Shown one piece after another: positions 38,321 through 47,446 of a DNA stretch of 64,000 bases. Both the position numbers and the translations under genes were made by a program. This DNA comes from Candidatus Latescibacterota bacterium (lineage in GTDB: Bacteria; Latescibacterota; UBA2968; UBA8231), in NCBI GenBank assembly GCA_965200315.1, contig OZ241362.1, positions 5,056,001 through 5,120,000 on the forward strand, written 5' to 3'. The first letter of the stretch is position 1, and each line of letters begins with the position of its first letter. A model generated the notes under the pieces. The model ran no database searches and was not told where the DNA came from. It saw nothing but the letters and a program-made list of their open reading frames with translations.

Positions 38321-39564
38321 TGGGCTATTCCTTGCACTTTGAGACAGATGATCTCGCTTTCGTCGCGCATGTAGAGGCGGCCATTGGCCAGCGAAGGGGC
38401 CGTCCAGCAGCGGCTGTTGAAGGCTGGGTAGCTGGCCTTTTCGACAAAGCCTTCCGGCGTGGCTTCGGCTAGGCCGAGATTGCCTTGTTCACCCAACAGG
38501 ATGAGGTGGCTGTCGGCGACGATCAGGGAGCCTTTGCCGTAGCCTCGGGTCTTCCACTTTTCCGCGCCGGTCTCGGCATCGAGGCACTTGAGGATCGAGT
38601 TGTCAAAGCCGTAGAGATGATTCTCGTAGAGGATCGAGGTGCCAAAGTGGTTTTTCATCTTTTTGTTTTGCCAGACCTGCTCGACGGCGAGGCTGTCGCC
38701 GTCGCTCTTGATTTGCAAGACTGCGCCGCCGTTGCCGTCGCCGGTGGAGATGAAAAGTCGGTCGGGCGCGATGAAAACTGGGGTCGCCGCGCTGACGTCG
38801 TAGCGGGTCTTCCAGGGGTAGCGCCAGTAAATGCGGCCGTCTTCCGGCGCTAGGCCGGTAAGCGAATAAGCCGTGAAGTAGGCGAGTTGGCGGGTGCCGG
38901 CTGCGGTGAAGGCGATGGGCGATGAATAGCTCATCTTTTCGTTGAGGGCGGTCCAAGCGGTTGCGCCGGTGTTCTTGTCGAGGGCTACGGCGGTGACCTC
39001 GGTTGTGCGGTCGATGGCCATATCGACGACGAAGTTGCCGTTGTGGCCGCCTGCTTCGACTAGGAGTAGGTCGCCCTCTACAAGCGGGGAGGTACTAAAC
39101 CCCCACCTAGGCACTTGGCTGCTGAACTCGGCGACCAAATCCTTTTCCCAGATCGGCTCACCACTCGCGGCTGCGAGTGCGAACAGCTTGCCGGTGGCAC
39201 CGAGTACATAGACGACTTCGCTCTCGACGGTGGGCGTGGAGCGCGGACCGTCGCCGCCTTGGGTTTCCTTGTAGTAAGGGCCGGTGCGGTGACGCCAGAG
39301 TTCTGCGCCGGTTTGGTCATCGAGGCAGATGACGAACTCGTCGTCGCCTTGGGCGAACATGGTGAAGAGCCGGCCGTCGGCAACGGCGATGCCGGAGAAG
39401 CCATTGCCAAGCGGGACGCGCCACGCTTCTGCAAAAGGCTGCTCGGTGGTGAAGAGGTCGGTTTCGCTGGAGATGCCGTCGCGCTGGGGGCCGCGCCACT
39501 GAGGCCAGTCGGCCGCCTGTGCAACAGCGGTCAGGAACAGCAAAAGTGAGATCGCGCTTTTCAA
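38317..39564 (-). CDS. Secreted PQQ-like beta-propeller protein (tandem paralog 1)
   Basis: DWPQWRGP, GPRSTP, CWTAP; AGGAGG SD before the TTG start. Confidence 0.88.
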   Translation of the reverse strand: MKSAISLLLFLTAVAQAADWPQWRGPQRDGISSETDLFTTEQPFAEAWRVPLGNGFSGIAVADGRLFTMFAQGDDEFVICLDDQTGAELWRHRTGPYYKETQGGDGPRSTPTVESEVVYVLGATGKLFALAAASGEPIWEKDLVAEFSSQVPRWGFSTSPLVEGDLLLVEAGGHNGNFVVDMAIDRTTEVTAVALDKNTGATAWTALNEKMSYSSPIAFTAAGTRQLAYFTAYSLTGLAPEDGRIYWRYPWKTRYDVSAATPVFIAPDRLFISTGDGNGGAVLQIKSDGDSLAVEQVWQNKKMKNHFGTSILYENHLYGFDNSILKCLDAETGAEKWKTRGYGKGSLIVADSHLILLGEQGNLGLAEATPEGFVEKASYPAFNSRCWTAPSLANGRLYMRDESEIICLKVQGIAQ

Positions 39565-39577
39565 TGGTACCTCCTAC

Positions 39578-40951
39578 TCAGGTATAGCGCACGTTGCGGT
39601 ATTGGGCTTGGTAAAAATCGGGCAGAAGTTGATCGACGCGCATGAGGCCTTCGTCAGTTAAGGCGACCGAGTTCGCGTCGAATTGGAGCATGCCCTCGTC
39701 GCGCAGGCCGCTGAGTGCTGTGGCGAAGTGGGCGACGATATCGACTCCGAATTTGGTGCGAAAATACGCGGAATCCAGCGCACCCAATTTGAGTTGCAGG
39801 ATCACTTCGCGGATAAGTTGCTCTTCGCGGTTGGTGGCGAAGGCGCGGTGGATGGGGAGGTCGCCGCGGTGGATGGCATCGAGATAATCATCCCATTGGG
39901 GCGCGTTCTGGTAGTGGACGCCGCTCAGGTGCGAGAAGGAGGCGACGCCGGCGCCGATCATGTCTTGGCCGGTCCACACGGCGTCGCGGTACGCGAAGCG
40001 GGCGTCGGGCCCTTTCTGCATGGTATAGGCGCTCGAACGCACGTATCCGGCGGCGGATAGTTGCTCGAAGGCGTAGGCGTGCCAAGCGCGCTTGGTCTTC
40101 CAGTCGGCCAAGGCCAGCGACTCGCCGTCGCCAGCGAGTAGGTCTTTGGAATAGACCGTATTGTAGGGCAGCTCCATCTGATAGACGGTGACGCTGTCGG
40201 GATCGAGTTCGATGGTCTGCTGCACGGTCTGACGCCAGCTCGGCCACGCCTCGCCGACCATACCGGCAATCAGATCGACGTTGACCTGATCGAAGTCGAG
40301 CGCCGCGATCCAAGGCACTACTTGGTAGATTTCCTTGCTGACGTGGGCGCGGCCATTGTGGCGCAGAATCTCGTCGTCGAGGTTTTCGATTCCGAGGCTA
40401 AGGCGGGTGACGCCGATGTCGCGGATGGCTTCCAATTTGGCTTGGGTTAGGGTGCCAGGCTCGCACTCAAAGGCGATTTCGTCGGCGTGATCTGAGGGCA
40501 TGGCGTCTTTGAGGCGCGATACCAGGGCCCGGAGATGCCGCGAACTGATGTAAGAAGGGGTGCCGCCGCCAAAGTAGATAAAGTGCAGGGGCCGGTCTTT
40601 GACTGCTGGCTGTTGGGCGTAGTGTTCCACCTCGCGGGCGAGGGCGTCGAGGTAGATCTGGATTTGCTGGCTGTTTTTGTCCGTGTAAACTCGGAAGTAG
40701 CAAAACTTGCAGCGCCTGCGGCAGAAGGGGATGTGAAGGTAAAGGCCGAGTTGGGTGTTGGGTCGCGGCGAGTCAGCGAGTGCGCGGTGTGCTTGTGGCA
40801 CGTCCTCCTCGCCCCAAAACGAATAGGCTGGGTAGTTGGAGACGAAGACGCTGCCGACCTCGGTTTCGGTGCGGTCGGCGCGGGTAGTAGCGGGGTCGCT
40901 GCCGGGTTGGGACTTTTGGATCGAAATGTTAGGTACAGTTTCATCACTCAT
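39578..40951 (-). CDS. HemN-like (class C) radical SAM enzyme
   Basis: YLHIPFCRRRCKFC (CxxxCxxC), YFGGGTPS, RLSLG; start ATG 40951 overlaps the upstream stop. Confidence 0.88.
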   Translation of the reverse strand: MSDETVPNISIQKSQPGSDPATTRADRTETEVGSVFVSNYPAYSFWGEEDVPQAHRALADSPRPNTQLGLYLHIPFCRRRCKFCYFRVYTDKNSQQIQIYLDALAREVEHYAQQPAVKDRPLHFIYFGGGTPSYISSRHLRALVSRLKDAMPSDHADEIAFECEPGTLTQAKLEAIRDIGVTRLSLGIENLDDEILRHNGRAHVSKEIYQVVPWIAALDFDQVNVDLIAGMVGEAWPSWRQTVQQTIELDPDSVTVYQMELPYNTVYSKDLLAGDGESLALADWKTKRAWHAYAFEQLSAAGYVRSSAYTMQKGPDARFAYRDAVWTGQDMIGAGVASFSHLSGVHYQNAPQWDDYLDAIHRGDLPIHRAFATNREEQLIREVILQLKLGALDSAYFRTKFGVDIVAHFATALSGLRDEGMLQFDANSVALTDEGLMRVDQLLPDFYQAQYRNVRYT

Positions 40952-42033
40952 GGTTTGACTTCTTTTGCAAAACAATACAGTACGCCGTCGGTAGCTCCGA
41001 TGACGAGATGGTCGGCGGCGATGGCCGGCGAAGCGGCAAGGGCCGCGCCCGTTTCAAAGCGCCAGGCTTCCGCGCCCGATGCGAGCGCGAGGGCGATGAG
41101 CGCATGGGTACCTATGTAAATATAATCACCGGCGATGACCGGCGAAGAATCCACCCGCGCTCCCGCGGCAAAAGTCCACAAGGGTTGGCCTGTTTGCGGG
41201 TCGAGAGCGTGTACTAGCTTGTCTCGGCCGCCGATGACGACTGCTTGGTCGGCAACAGCCGGCGACGAGTAAAACGGGAATTTCCGCACTGCGTGAGCAT
41301 AGCGCCAGCGGATTTCTCCTGAGTCCAAAGAGATGCTTAGTACTTCGTTACCAAAGGTGCCTAGATAGGCGCGTCCCGCGTGGATGGCGGTGCTAGATGC
41401 TACGTACCCGCCTAGCTCAAGTGGCTGGTGCTGCGTGCCGTCGGCGACATTCAAAAGACGCAGGTATCCGTCGCAACCAGCTACGGCGACGCGATTTTCA
41501 TACAGCGCCGGCGTACTGTGAATATACCCCTCTGTAGCGATTTTCCAAATCAGGGTCCCGGTGCTTGCGTCGAGGCAGTACAGGTGCTGGTCGTAGCTGC
41601 CGAAGTAGAGACGGCCGCCTGTGTAGTTGGCCGAGGAGATGATGCCAGCGTCGGCGGCGAAGGTCCAGCGGCACTGACCGCTTTGGATAGCGACGGCGTG
41701 CAAGGTGCCGGCTTCGTCACCGAAGTACACGGTGCTGTCGGCAACGGTGGGGGAGGACTTGATCTCGCCGTCGGCTTGGTACTGCCATACTAGCGTGCCG
41801 GTGTGCAAGTTGAGTGCGTAGAGTTGGCCGTCGAGCGAGCCGACGTACACCGTGCTCTCGTGGATGGCAGCGGTGGATTCGATGGCGTCTTGGGTGGGGT
41901 AGGCCCACAGTCGCGTTAGGGGCGGGGCGAGATTGGCAGTGGCGACGCCGGTGAGTTGGGGATTTCCGCGGAAGGTGTTCCAGTCGGCGGCGGCCGCGGT
42001 GACTAGGAGTAAGAATAAGAAGTAGAGTGGCAT
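40948..42033 (-). CDS. Secreted PQQ-like beta-propeller protein with regular BamB-like blades
   Basis: Signal peptide from ATG 42033; DWNTFRGN; repeated SSP...VY.GS.DG.LY.L. Confidence 0.88.
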   Translation of the reverse strand: MPLYFLFLLLVTAAAADWNTFRGNPQLTGVATANLAPPLTRLWAYPTQDAIESTAAIHESTVYVGSLDGQLYALNLHTGTLVWQYQADGEIKSSPTVADSTVYFGDEAGTLHAVAIQSGQCRWTFAADAGIISSANYTGGRLYFGSYDQHLYCLDASTGTLIWKIATEGYIHSTPALYENRVAVAGCDGYLRLLNVADGTQHQPLELGGYVASSTAIHAGRAYLGTFGNEVLSISLDSGEIRWRYAHAVRKFPFYSSPAVADQAVVIGGRDKLVHALDPQTGQPLWTFAAGARVDSSPVIAGDYIYIGTHALIALALASGAEAWRFETGAALAASPAIAADHLVIGATDGVLYCFAKEVKP

Positions 42034-42122
42034 AGCCTTTCCATCGCTTGACAGAGCTAGCTCCAAAGGCCCTTTTTAATTTTTTTAACGAGGCATTCGG
42101 CCTGTAACAGGGAGCAAGTTGG

Positions 42123-42473
42123 TTGGGAATTACATATATAGAAGGCACGGTCCGAAACGACGGGACAGAAGAGTCGGTCAGCTTCTTGGTTGATAGCGGG
42201 GCCACTTACACGCTGCTTCCTCAGCAGGTGTGGCAGTCGCTGAGGCTACAGCCTACTAGAGAGATGGACTTCATCTTGGCCGACGGCACAAGGGTCAGCC
42301 GTGGCATATCCGAGTGTTGGATCGAGCTTCCGCAGGGTAAGGGGCACACCCCGGTCATCCTGGGCGAGGCGCGCGACGATGCTCTGCTCGGGGTGGTGAC
42401 GCTGGAGGAGTTGGGGCTGGTTCTCAATCCCTTCGAGAGAAGCCTCCAGCCGATGCGCGCCCGCCTGACCTGA
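42123..42473 (+). CDS. Clan AA (retropepsin-like) aspartic protease, antisense to the operon
   Basis: FLVDSGATYT, LADG and LLGVVTLE motifs. Confidence 0.8.
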   Translation: MGITYIEGTVRNDGTEESVSFLVDSGATYTLLPQQVWQSLRLQPTREMDFILADGTRVSRGISECWIELPQGKGHTPVILGEARDDALLGVVTLEELGLVLNPFERSLQPMRARLT

Positions 42474-42539
42474 TACCCCTGCCCCGCGAGAAGGCTCAAT
42501 AGCTCTAGCAGTCGTCTCACATTCATCCTTTTCCTCCCA

Positions 42540-43646
42540 TCAAAACGCCGTCTCGTATAGCCGCAGGAAGTCCGCTTCTTGCAAAGGAAGCGGGTTGAAG
42601 GTGCCGGTCCACTGCCCGGCCGCTTCTCGGGCCATGATGGGTAAATCGCTTGCGGCGACCTGACAAGCGGCGAGTCGGCGCGGTAGCCCGGCTACAGCAC
42701 ACAGTTCTTCGAGATGGGCGGCGAGTGCGCGGGCACTGCCCTTGAGCTGGATGTCCGCGCACAGTTCGCCGTATAGACCGTCCACCACTTGGCCATTCAA
42801 GCGAATTACGTGCGGCAGCATCAGGGCCACGGCGCGACCGTGGGTGAGCGGGTAGCGGGCGGTGAGCGGGTTGGCGGTGGCGTGGGCGGCACCGAGCATG
42901 GAGTTTTCGATGGCCGTGCCGGCTAGGTGAGCACCTAAAAGCATGGCGTCGTCGTCTTTCCCGTAGTGGGGTGCTAACAGCCGCCAAGCTTGGCGGGCGA
43001 ACATTTGCGACAGCGGCGTCCGGCGGGTGGAGACGTAGCTTTCGACGGCGTGGGCGAGGGCGTCGATACCGGCGTCGGTGCGGACGCGCTGGGGGACGCT
43101 GGCCAGTACATCTGGGTCGAGGATGGCGATGTGGAAACGCGCTTTGCGGTCGCCGCAGGCCATTTTGGCCCCTGTGTCGCCGCAGGTAATTAGGGCGTAG
43201 GATTGGGCCTCGCTGCCCGTTCCGGCTGTGGTCGGAACGCCGATGGAGGGGAGCATGGGCAGGGGGGCTTTGCTGTAGCCTTGGTAATCCTGCATTTGGC
43301 CGCCGTTGGTCAGCAGGAAATTGATGCCCTTGGCGCAGTCCATCGCGCTGCCGCCGCCCAAGGCGACGATTAGATCAATGGGGCCGTGGGCGCGGGCGTG
43401 GCGGACGCCAGCGGCTACGTGTTTGGTGGTGGGGTTTTCTCCTACGGCGGAGAAAATAGTCGTCGTTAAGCCGGCATTTTGTAGCGCGTGGTGGGCCTGT
43501 TCGGCGAGGCCGGCTTGGACGAGGCCGGGGTCGGTTACGAGCAGGGCGTGGGGGCCGGCCAATGCCTTGGCCAAGTCGCCTAGCTGATCGAGGGTTCCGG
43601 CGCCAAAGACTACGCGGATAGACGGATCAAAGTCGAAGGGAGTCAT
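42540..43646 (-). CDS. Iron-containing alcohol dehydrogenase
   Basis: LVTDPG, GGGSAMD, PTTAGTGSE, DALAH, AAH and THG ligand motifs. Confidence 0.9.
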   Translation of the reverse strand: MTPFDFDPSIRVVFGAGTLDQLGDLAKALAGPHALLVTDPGLVQAGLAEQAHHALQNAGLTTTIFSAVGENPTTKHVAAGVRHARAHGPIDLIVALGGGSAMDCAKGINFLLTNGGQMQDYQGYSKAPLPMLPSIGVPTTAGTGSEAQSYALITCGDTGAKMACGDRKARFHIAILDPDVLASVPQRVRTDAGIDALAHAVESYVSTRRTPLSQMFARQAWRLLAPHYGKDDDAMLLGAHLAGTAIENSMLGAAHATANPLTARYPLTHGRAVALMLPHVIRLNGQVVDGLYGELCADIQLKGSARALAAHLEELCAVAGLPRRLAACQVAASDLPIMAREAAGQWTGTFNPLPLQEADFLRLYETAF

Positions 43647-45037
43647 CCGGCCCGGCGCTGCAAGGCGCGCTGCTGGTAGAGGAAGTCGAAGAGATTGCCC
43701 TCGTGCGGCTGGTCCCAGGCTATTTGGTGGGTGGGGATCGGGCCGAGGTTGAGGCGTTCAATGTGGGGCGCGGCGAGCAGTTGGCGCGTTAGGTGCTCGT
43801 CCGCGGTGAGGGCGGTGGCTACCAGCGTCGGGCCGATTTGCGCGACTACTTCTTCTGGCGGGATTTCGACGACCGCGGCGAAGGGGAAGAGGTATTCGGT
43901 GTTGGCGAGTGGGTGTTGCCAGTCGGGGGCGTGGATTAAGGTTGGGTTGAGGAAGGTGCAGCCGCCGGTCTCGGCGATGCGTTCGCCTTGGTCTCTGGCC
44001 GTGTCTGTCGCGGCACCGAGTTGGGAGTCGATTAGGGATGAGACCTGGTGTGCTACTGAGGGGTTGGAGAAGGCGGCGATTTGGGCTTGGGGGTCGTCGA
44101 GGGGGCGGGCTTGGATTTGGCTCAGGCGTTCGCCGAGGGCGGCGGCGATGGCACCACCGTGGGCGGGCACCCAGATGCCAGAAGCATTGAGGCAGGAGCG
44201 GCCCCCATTGGAAGCGATTGAGGCGACCATGAGGTCGAGGTAGTGCTCCCACTGGTCGATTTTGTCTGCGCCGATGATGATCTTGCTGCGCCCTGGTCCG
44301 TGTAGTTGGACGCGAGGGTCGTCGCGCCAAGGGGCGACGGTAGGACCGCCGCCGAATAGTAGCGAGCGATCGCAGCGGAGCAGGATTTCGGTGCTGCCGC
44401 CGTGGTCGGTCGGGTAGTAGCTCAGGGCTTGGGGTGGACAGCCGGCTGCGATCAGGGATTGGGCGATGCGGTAGGGCGTCCACGGCTCTTCGCGGCCTGG
44501 CTTGAGCACTAGCGGGATTTTGAGTGGGATGGCTGGCAGCCACAGCGCGTGGACGCCGGGTGAGTTGCTGGGCAGGATGCAGCCGAGGGCTTGGGCGTGG
44601 GACGCGAAGTGGAGCGGACTTGGGCCGTCGTCGAGAATGGTCAAGTCCAAACCTCGGGTCAGGCCGCTGAGCACGGCGGGCATTTCGCGGCCGACGCGGT
44701 GGATTTTGTCCATGTTGGCGCGGGCAAGCGACTGCGGCAGGCCGGTGGTGGCCGAGACTTGCGCGACGTAGTCGTCCGGGGTTTGGCTGTCGTCGCCTAA
44801 AGGCAGTTCGGCGCGCAAGAAGAGGTCCGCGGCCCGTTGGCAGATGGCGACCAACTCGGCGACGGTGAGGGCTTGCAGTGCTTGGCGGTTGCGCTCTTGG
44901 GCAGCCAAGTCGCGGGCGATCAGGCCGCGGTTGGCTTGGCTGACTTGCGCGAGAGGTTGGCCGGTGGCGATGTGGGCGACAGCGAGGCGGTCGAGGCTGG
45001 TGTAGGGCTGGCCGGCGCGGAGGATGGGTAGGTGCAT
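43643..45037 (-). CDS. Aldehyde dehydrogenase-fold protein, LuxC-like acyl-thioester reductase
   Basis: PSNSPG, LKPG, FGG and catalytic GRSC; HGPGRSK in place of ELGGK. Confidence 0.75.
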   Translation of the reverse strand: MHLPILRAGQPYTSLDRLAVAHIATGQPLAQVSQANRGLIARDLAAQERNRQALQALTVAELVAICQRAADLFLRAELPLGDDSQTPDDYVAQVSATTGLPQSLARANMDKIHRVGREMPAVLSGLTRGLDLTILDDGPSPLHFASHAQALGCILPSNSPGVHALWLPAIPLKIPLVLKPGREEPWTPYRIAQSLIAAGCPPQALSYYPTDHGGSTEILLRCDRSLLFGGGPTVAPWRDDPRVQLHGPGRSKIIIGADKIDQWEHYLDLMVASIASNGGRSCLNASGIWVPAHGGAIAAALGERLSQIQARPLDDPQAQIAAFSNPSVAHQVSSLIDSQLGAATDTARDQGERIAETGGCTFLNPTLIHAPDWQHPLANTEYLFPFAAVVEIPPEEVVAQIGPTLVATALTADEHLTRQLLAAPHIERLNLGPIPTHQIAWDQPHEGNLFDFLYQQRALQRRAG

Positions 45038-45183
45038 GAGTTTGGATTTGGGGTTAGAGTTGGAGTGAGTCTTTGCGATCTGCAATCTATAATCTGCAAG
45101 AGTTTGGGGTAGCGGAAAAGGTGTCGTTTTCAGATCGAATTATACTGGGAACGGGGCGACGCTCTGCCAGAGGGTTCGCATTT

Positions 45184-45570
45184 ATGTTTACTATGCGTTT
45201 CAGGTTAGTCGTCTTAGCTGCCATCTCGCGAATCAATTCCTAGACCGCGCGGCTGCACAAGACGATTCTGACAGGATTCATCAACGCGAAGAAACTGTTG
45301 TTACTGCGGAGCGGATGGAAAACTCGCTTTTTGCATCTACTGCTGAGGTGTCGGTGCGTACCGGTGCTGAACTGGAGTTTCTGCCACTAAAAAACCTCGC
45401 CGCTGCACTGGAGACGTTGCCGGGAATTTCGTTTTTGCACCGCGATGGGCTGGGGCGCGACCCGTTGGCAACACTGCGCGGTTTTTACGGTGGTGGCGCA
45501 GCAGAGTATCGGCTGGTTATGATCGATGGAAGGCCGATCAATGCGCTCGAGAAAGCTACAGTACAACGGG
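45184..45570 (+). pseudogene. TonB-dependent receptor remnant (signal peptide and plug only)
   Basis: Signal-like MFTMRFRLVVLAA is out of frame with EETVVTAER...LPGI...LRGF...VMIDGRPIN; no barrel follows. Confidence 0.65.
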
Positions 45571-45580
45571 ATATCCCAAC

Positions 45581-45856
45581 TCATCGGGAGGATGCGTCTC
45601 GTTTGCGCGATTCGCCGATGACGGCCAAGTGCTCTTGCCAATCCGGTTCTCGCTTTGGGCCTTCCAATGCGTCGCAGGCGCTGAAGAACTCTTCAAGGTC
45701 GGTTGGGAATTCAAAGGGGTGGGATTGCTGCTGTTCTTCGAGCTGTCGGCGGGCGGCGGCCCTGAGCCACGCGCTCAAGGTCATGCCCTCGCTCCGCGCC
45801 TGATGAACGAAGCGAGCACGGTCTTCGTCGGGGATCACTAACTGAACTCTGGCCAC
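45581..45856 (-). CDS. Ribbon-helix-helix antitoxin-like protein with no toxin partner
   Basis: RVQLVIPDED...ARSEGMTLSAWLR and an acidic tail; AAGGAG upstream. Confidence 0.65.
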   Translation of the reverse strand: MARVQLVIPDEDRARFVHQARSEGMTLSAWLRAAARRQLEEQQQSHPFEFPTDLEEFFSACDALEGPKREPDWQEHLAVIGESRKRDASSR

Positions 45857-45859
45857 TTT

Positions 45860-46370
45860 TACCTACTCCTTTCTTGTAACCTTCTGCTGCTTTATTCTGT
45901 CCAATGGCTTCAGGTGAAATTCGGCCGCTCTCCACAAGAAGAGTGAAGTGAGCCAGAACGTCTAAAGCCTGCCAGAGAATTTTAGTAAACACATCACGCA
46001 AACTCTGACTCTCAATGCCAAAATCCTTAGCAATTTTTCGATAGTTACTGCCATCCCAACATCTTGGCTTGCGACAGCCTTTCTTGATCCAATTCAATAC
46101 TCATAACTATCTCTCTTCAAGAAGAATTTCTAACCCCAGTGATATATCCAATGTTTCTTATCACTTACACCCGGTCAGGAATGGCTACAGTGGCAGGTGG
46201 GATTGGCTATTTACCTGCTCAGCTACTGGTGTCGTGTTGTTGTAGTGGTATAGTTTGAAATTTAAGAATGGTGCAGACAAAAGCCCGATATCGACGAGTA
46301 TTAGAGCTTTCACAAAAACTCTTGATAATCCATTGCGCATCCCTCTCGATATGACTTCATCATAGAGTAC
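45860..46370. other. Low-GC degenerate foreign DNA
   Basis: Visibly AT-richer than its flanks; only fragmentary ORFs. Confidence 0.5.
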
Positions 46371-46375
46371 ACGCC

Positions 46376-47446
46376 TCAGTACACCCCCACCACCACAGAC
46401 TCCTGCAACTCAGTCAGCAAGCGCAAATTTTTAACCCCATCCCAAGGATACACGTCGATCGGCGCGGTGCGTTCGGCCTCGTCGCGTTCGAGGAAGCGGG
46501 GCATGAAAAACTCCTTGGTCAGGGTCGTGAGCATGACTTGGCCGGTCTCGCCGTAGCCGACCTTGCGCGCGGGGGCTTGGGGATCAACTAGTTCGATGAC
46601 GGCGCGCGGCTGCGGCGGGTAGTAAGTGATGGCGTACTCGTCGGCCGGGTCAAAGGGCTTGGGGCAGGCCAGGCCCATCAAGGTGTTGCCGTAGGTGGGC
46701 ACAAAGGCGAGGCCGGGCACCAACTCCTCGCGGGCGAAGCGGTGGAACTGGGCGTTCATTTCCGTGCCGCCGCAGAAGATGCCCTTAATGCCGAGCTTGA
46801 GCAGGGAGACTTTTTCGCAGAGCGCTTCGAGGAGCCGGGGGGTGGTGAAGACGCACTGTACGTTGTCGTGGGCCTTGAGAATTTTGAGTGCCTGATCGAC
46901 GACATGGGCTTTGTAGTCTTCCAACTCGCGCATCTGGCCGGCGCGGATGAGTTCGTTGACCCAGCGCGGGTCGAGATCCACCATAAAGCACAAGCCACCG
47001 CGTAGCTGGGCGAGGTACTCGATGGCGAGGCGCAAGCGGCGCGGCCCCGAAGGCCCCAGCATCAGCCAGTCGGCCCCTTTGGGAAAACCCTCTTCGGACA
47101 AACTTTCGCTGTAGAGCGCGTAGTCGGTGTGGAAGTCGCGGATGTTGATGCGGTATTTGGGCAAGCCGGTCGAGCCGCCGGTCTCGAAGACGTAGATCGG
47201 CTCGTCGGCGTAGGCTTTGGGCACCCACTGGCGCACCGGGCCGCCGCGCAGCCACTCGTCCTCAAAGTGGCCGAGCAGGGCCAAGTCGGCGTAGGAGCGG
47301 ATTTGCTCGCGTGGGTCGAAGTCGAGCCGCTGTGCGTAGGAAAGCCAAAACGGGCAGCCAGTCTCGGGGCTGAAGTGCCACTCGACGATGGCGCGGACGT
47401 GAGCGTCGAGGTCGTCGCGGGCAGCGGCGATTTTGTCCGCGCTCAT
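46376..47446 (-). CDS. LuxE/PaaK-like adenylate-forming enzyme (356 aa)
   Basis: ETGGSTGLPK P-loop, CGGT, PTYGNT and ERD; ATG 47446 overlaps the upstream stop. The longer track ORF is a shadow extension. Confidence 0.7.
   Translation of the reverse strand: MSADKIAAARDDLDAHVRAIVEWHFSPETGCPFWLSYAQRLDFDPREQIRSYADLALLGHFEDEWLRGGPVRQWVPKAYADEPIYVFETGGSTGLPKYRINIRDFHTDYALYSESLSEEGFPKGADWLMLGPSGPRRLRLAIEYLAQLRGGLCFMVDLDPRWVNELIRAGQMRELEDYKAHVVDQALKILKAHDNVQCVFTTPRLLEALCEKVSLLKLGIKGIFCGGTEMNAQFHRFAREELVPGLAFVPTYGNTLMGLACPKPFDPADEYAITYYPPQPRAVIELVDPQAPARKVGYGETGQVMLTTLTKEFFMPRFLERDEAERTAPIDVYPWDGVKNLRLLTELQESVVVGVY

Noticed and set aside
45315-45803. Intact 162-aa protein
   Set aside because: Only the first part is TonB plug sequence; the rest is read-through antisense to the antitoxin-like gene.
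46364-46387. Short tandem echo of the LuxE-like gene end (GGGGTGTACT / GGCGTGTACT on the minus strand)
   Set aside because: Only about 10 bp with a mismatch; could be an insertion scar but cannot be told from chance.
43643-47446. Bioluminescence lux operon
   Set aside because: No luxA, luxB or luxD; the resemblance to LuxC/LuxE is only at motif and fold level.
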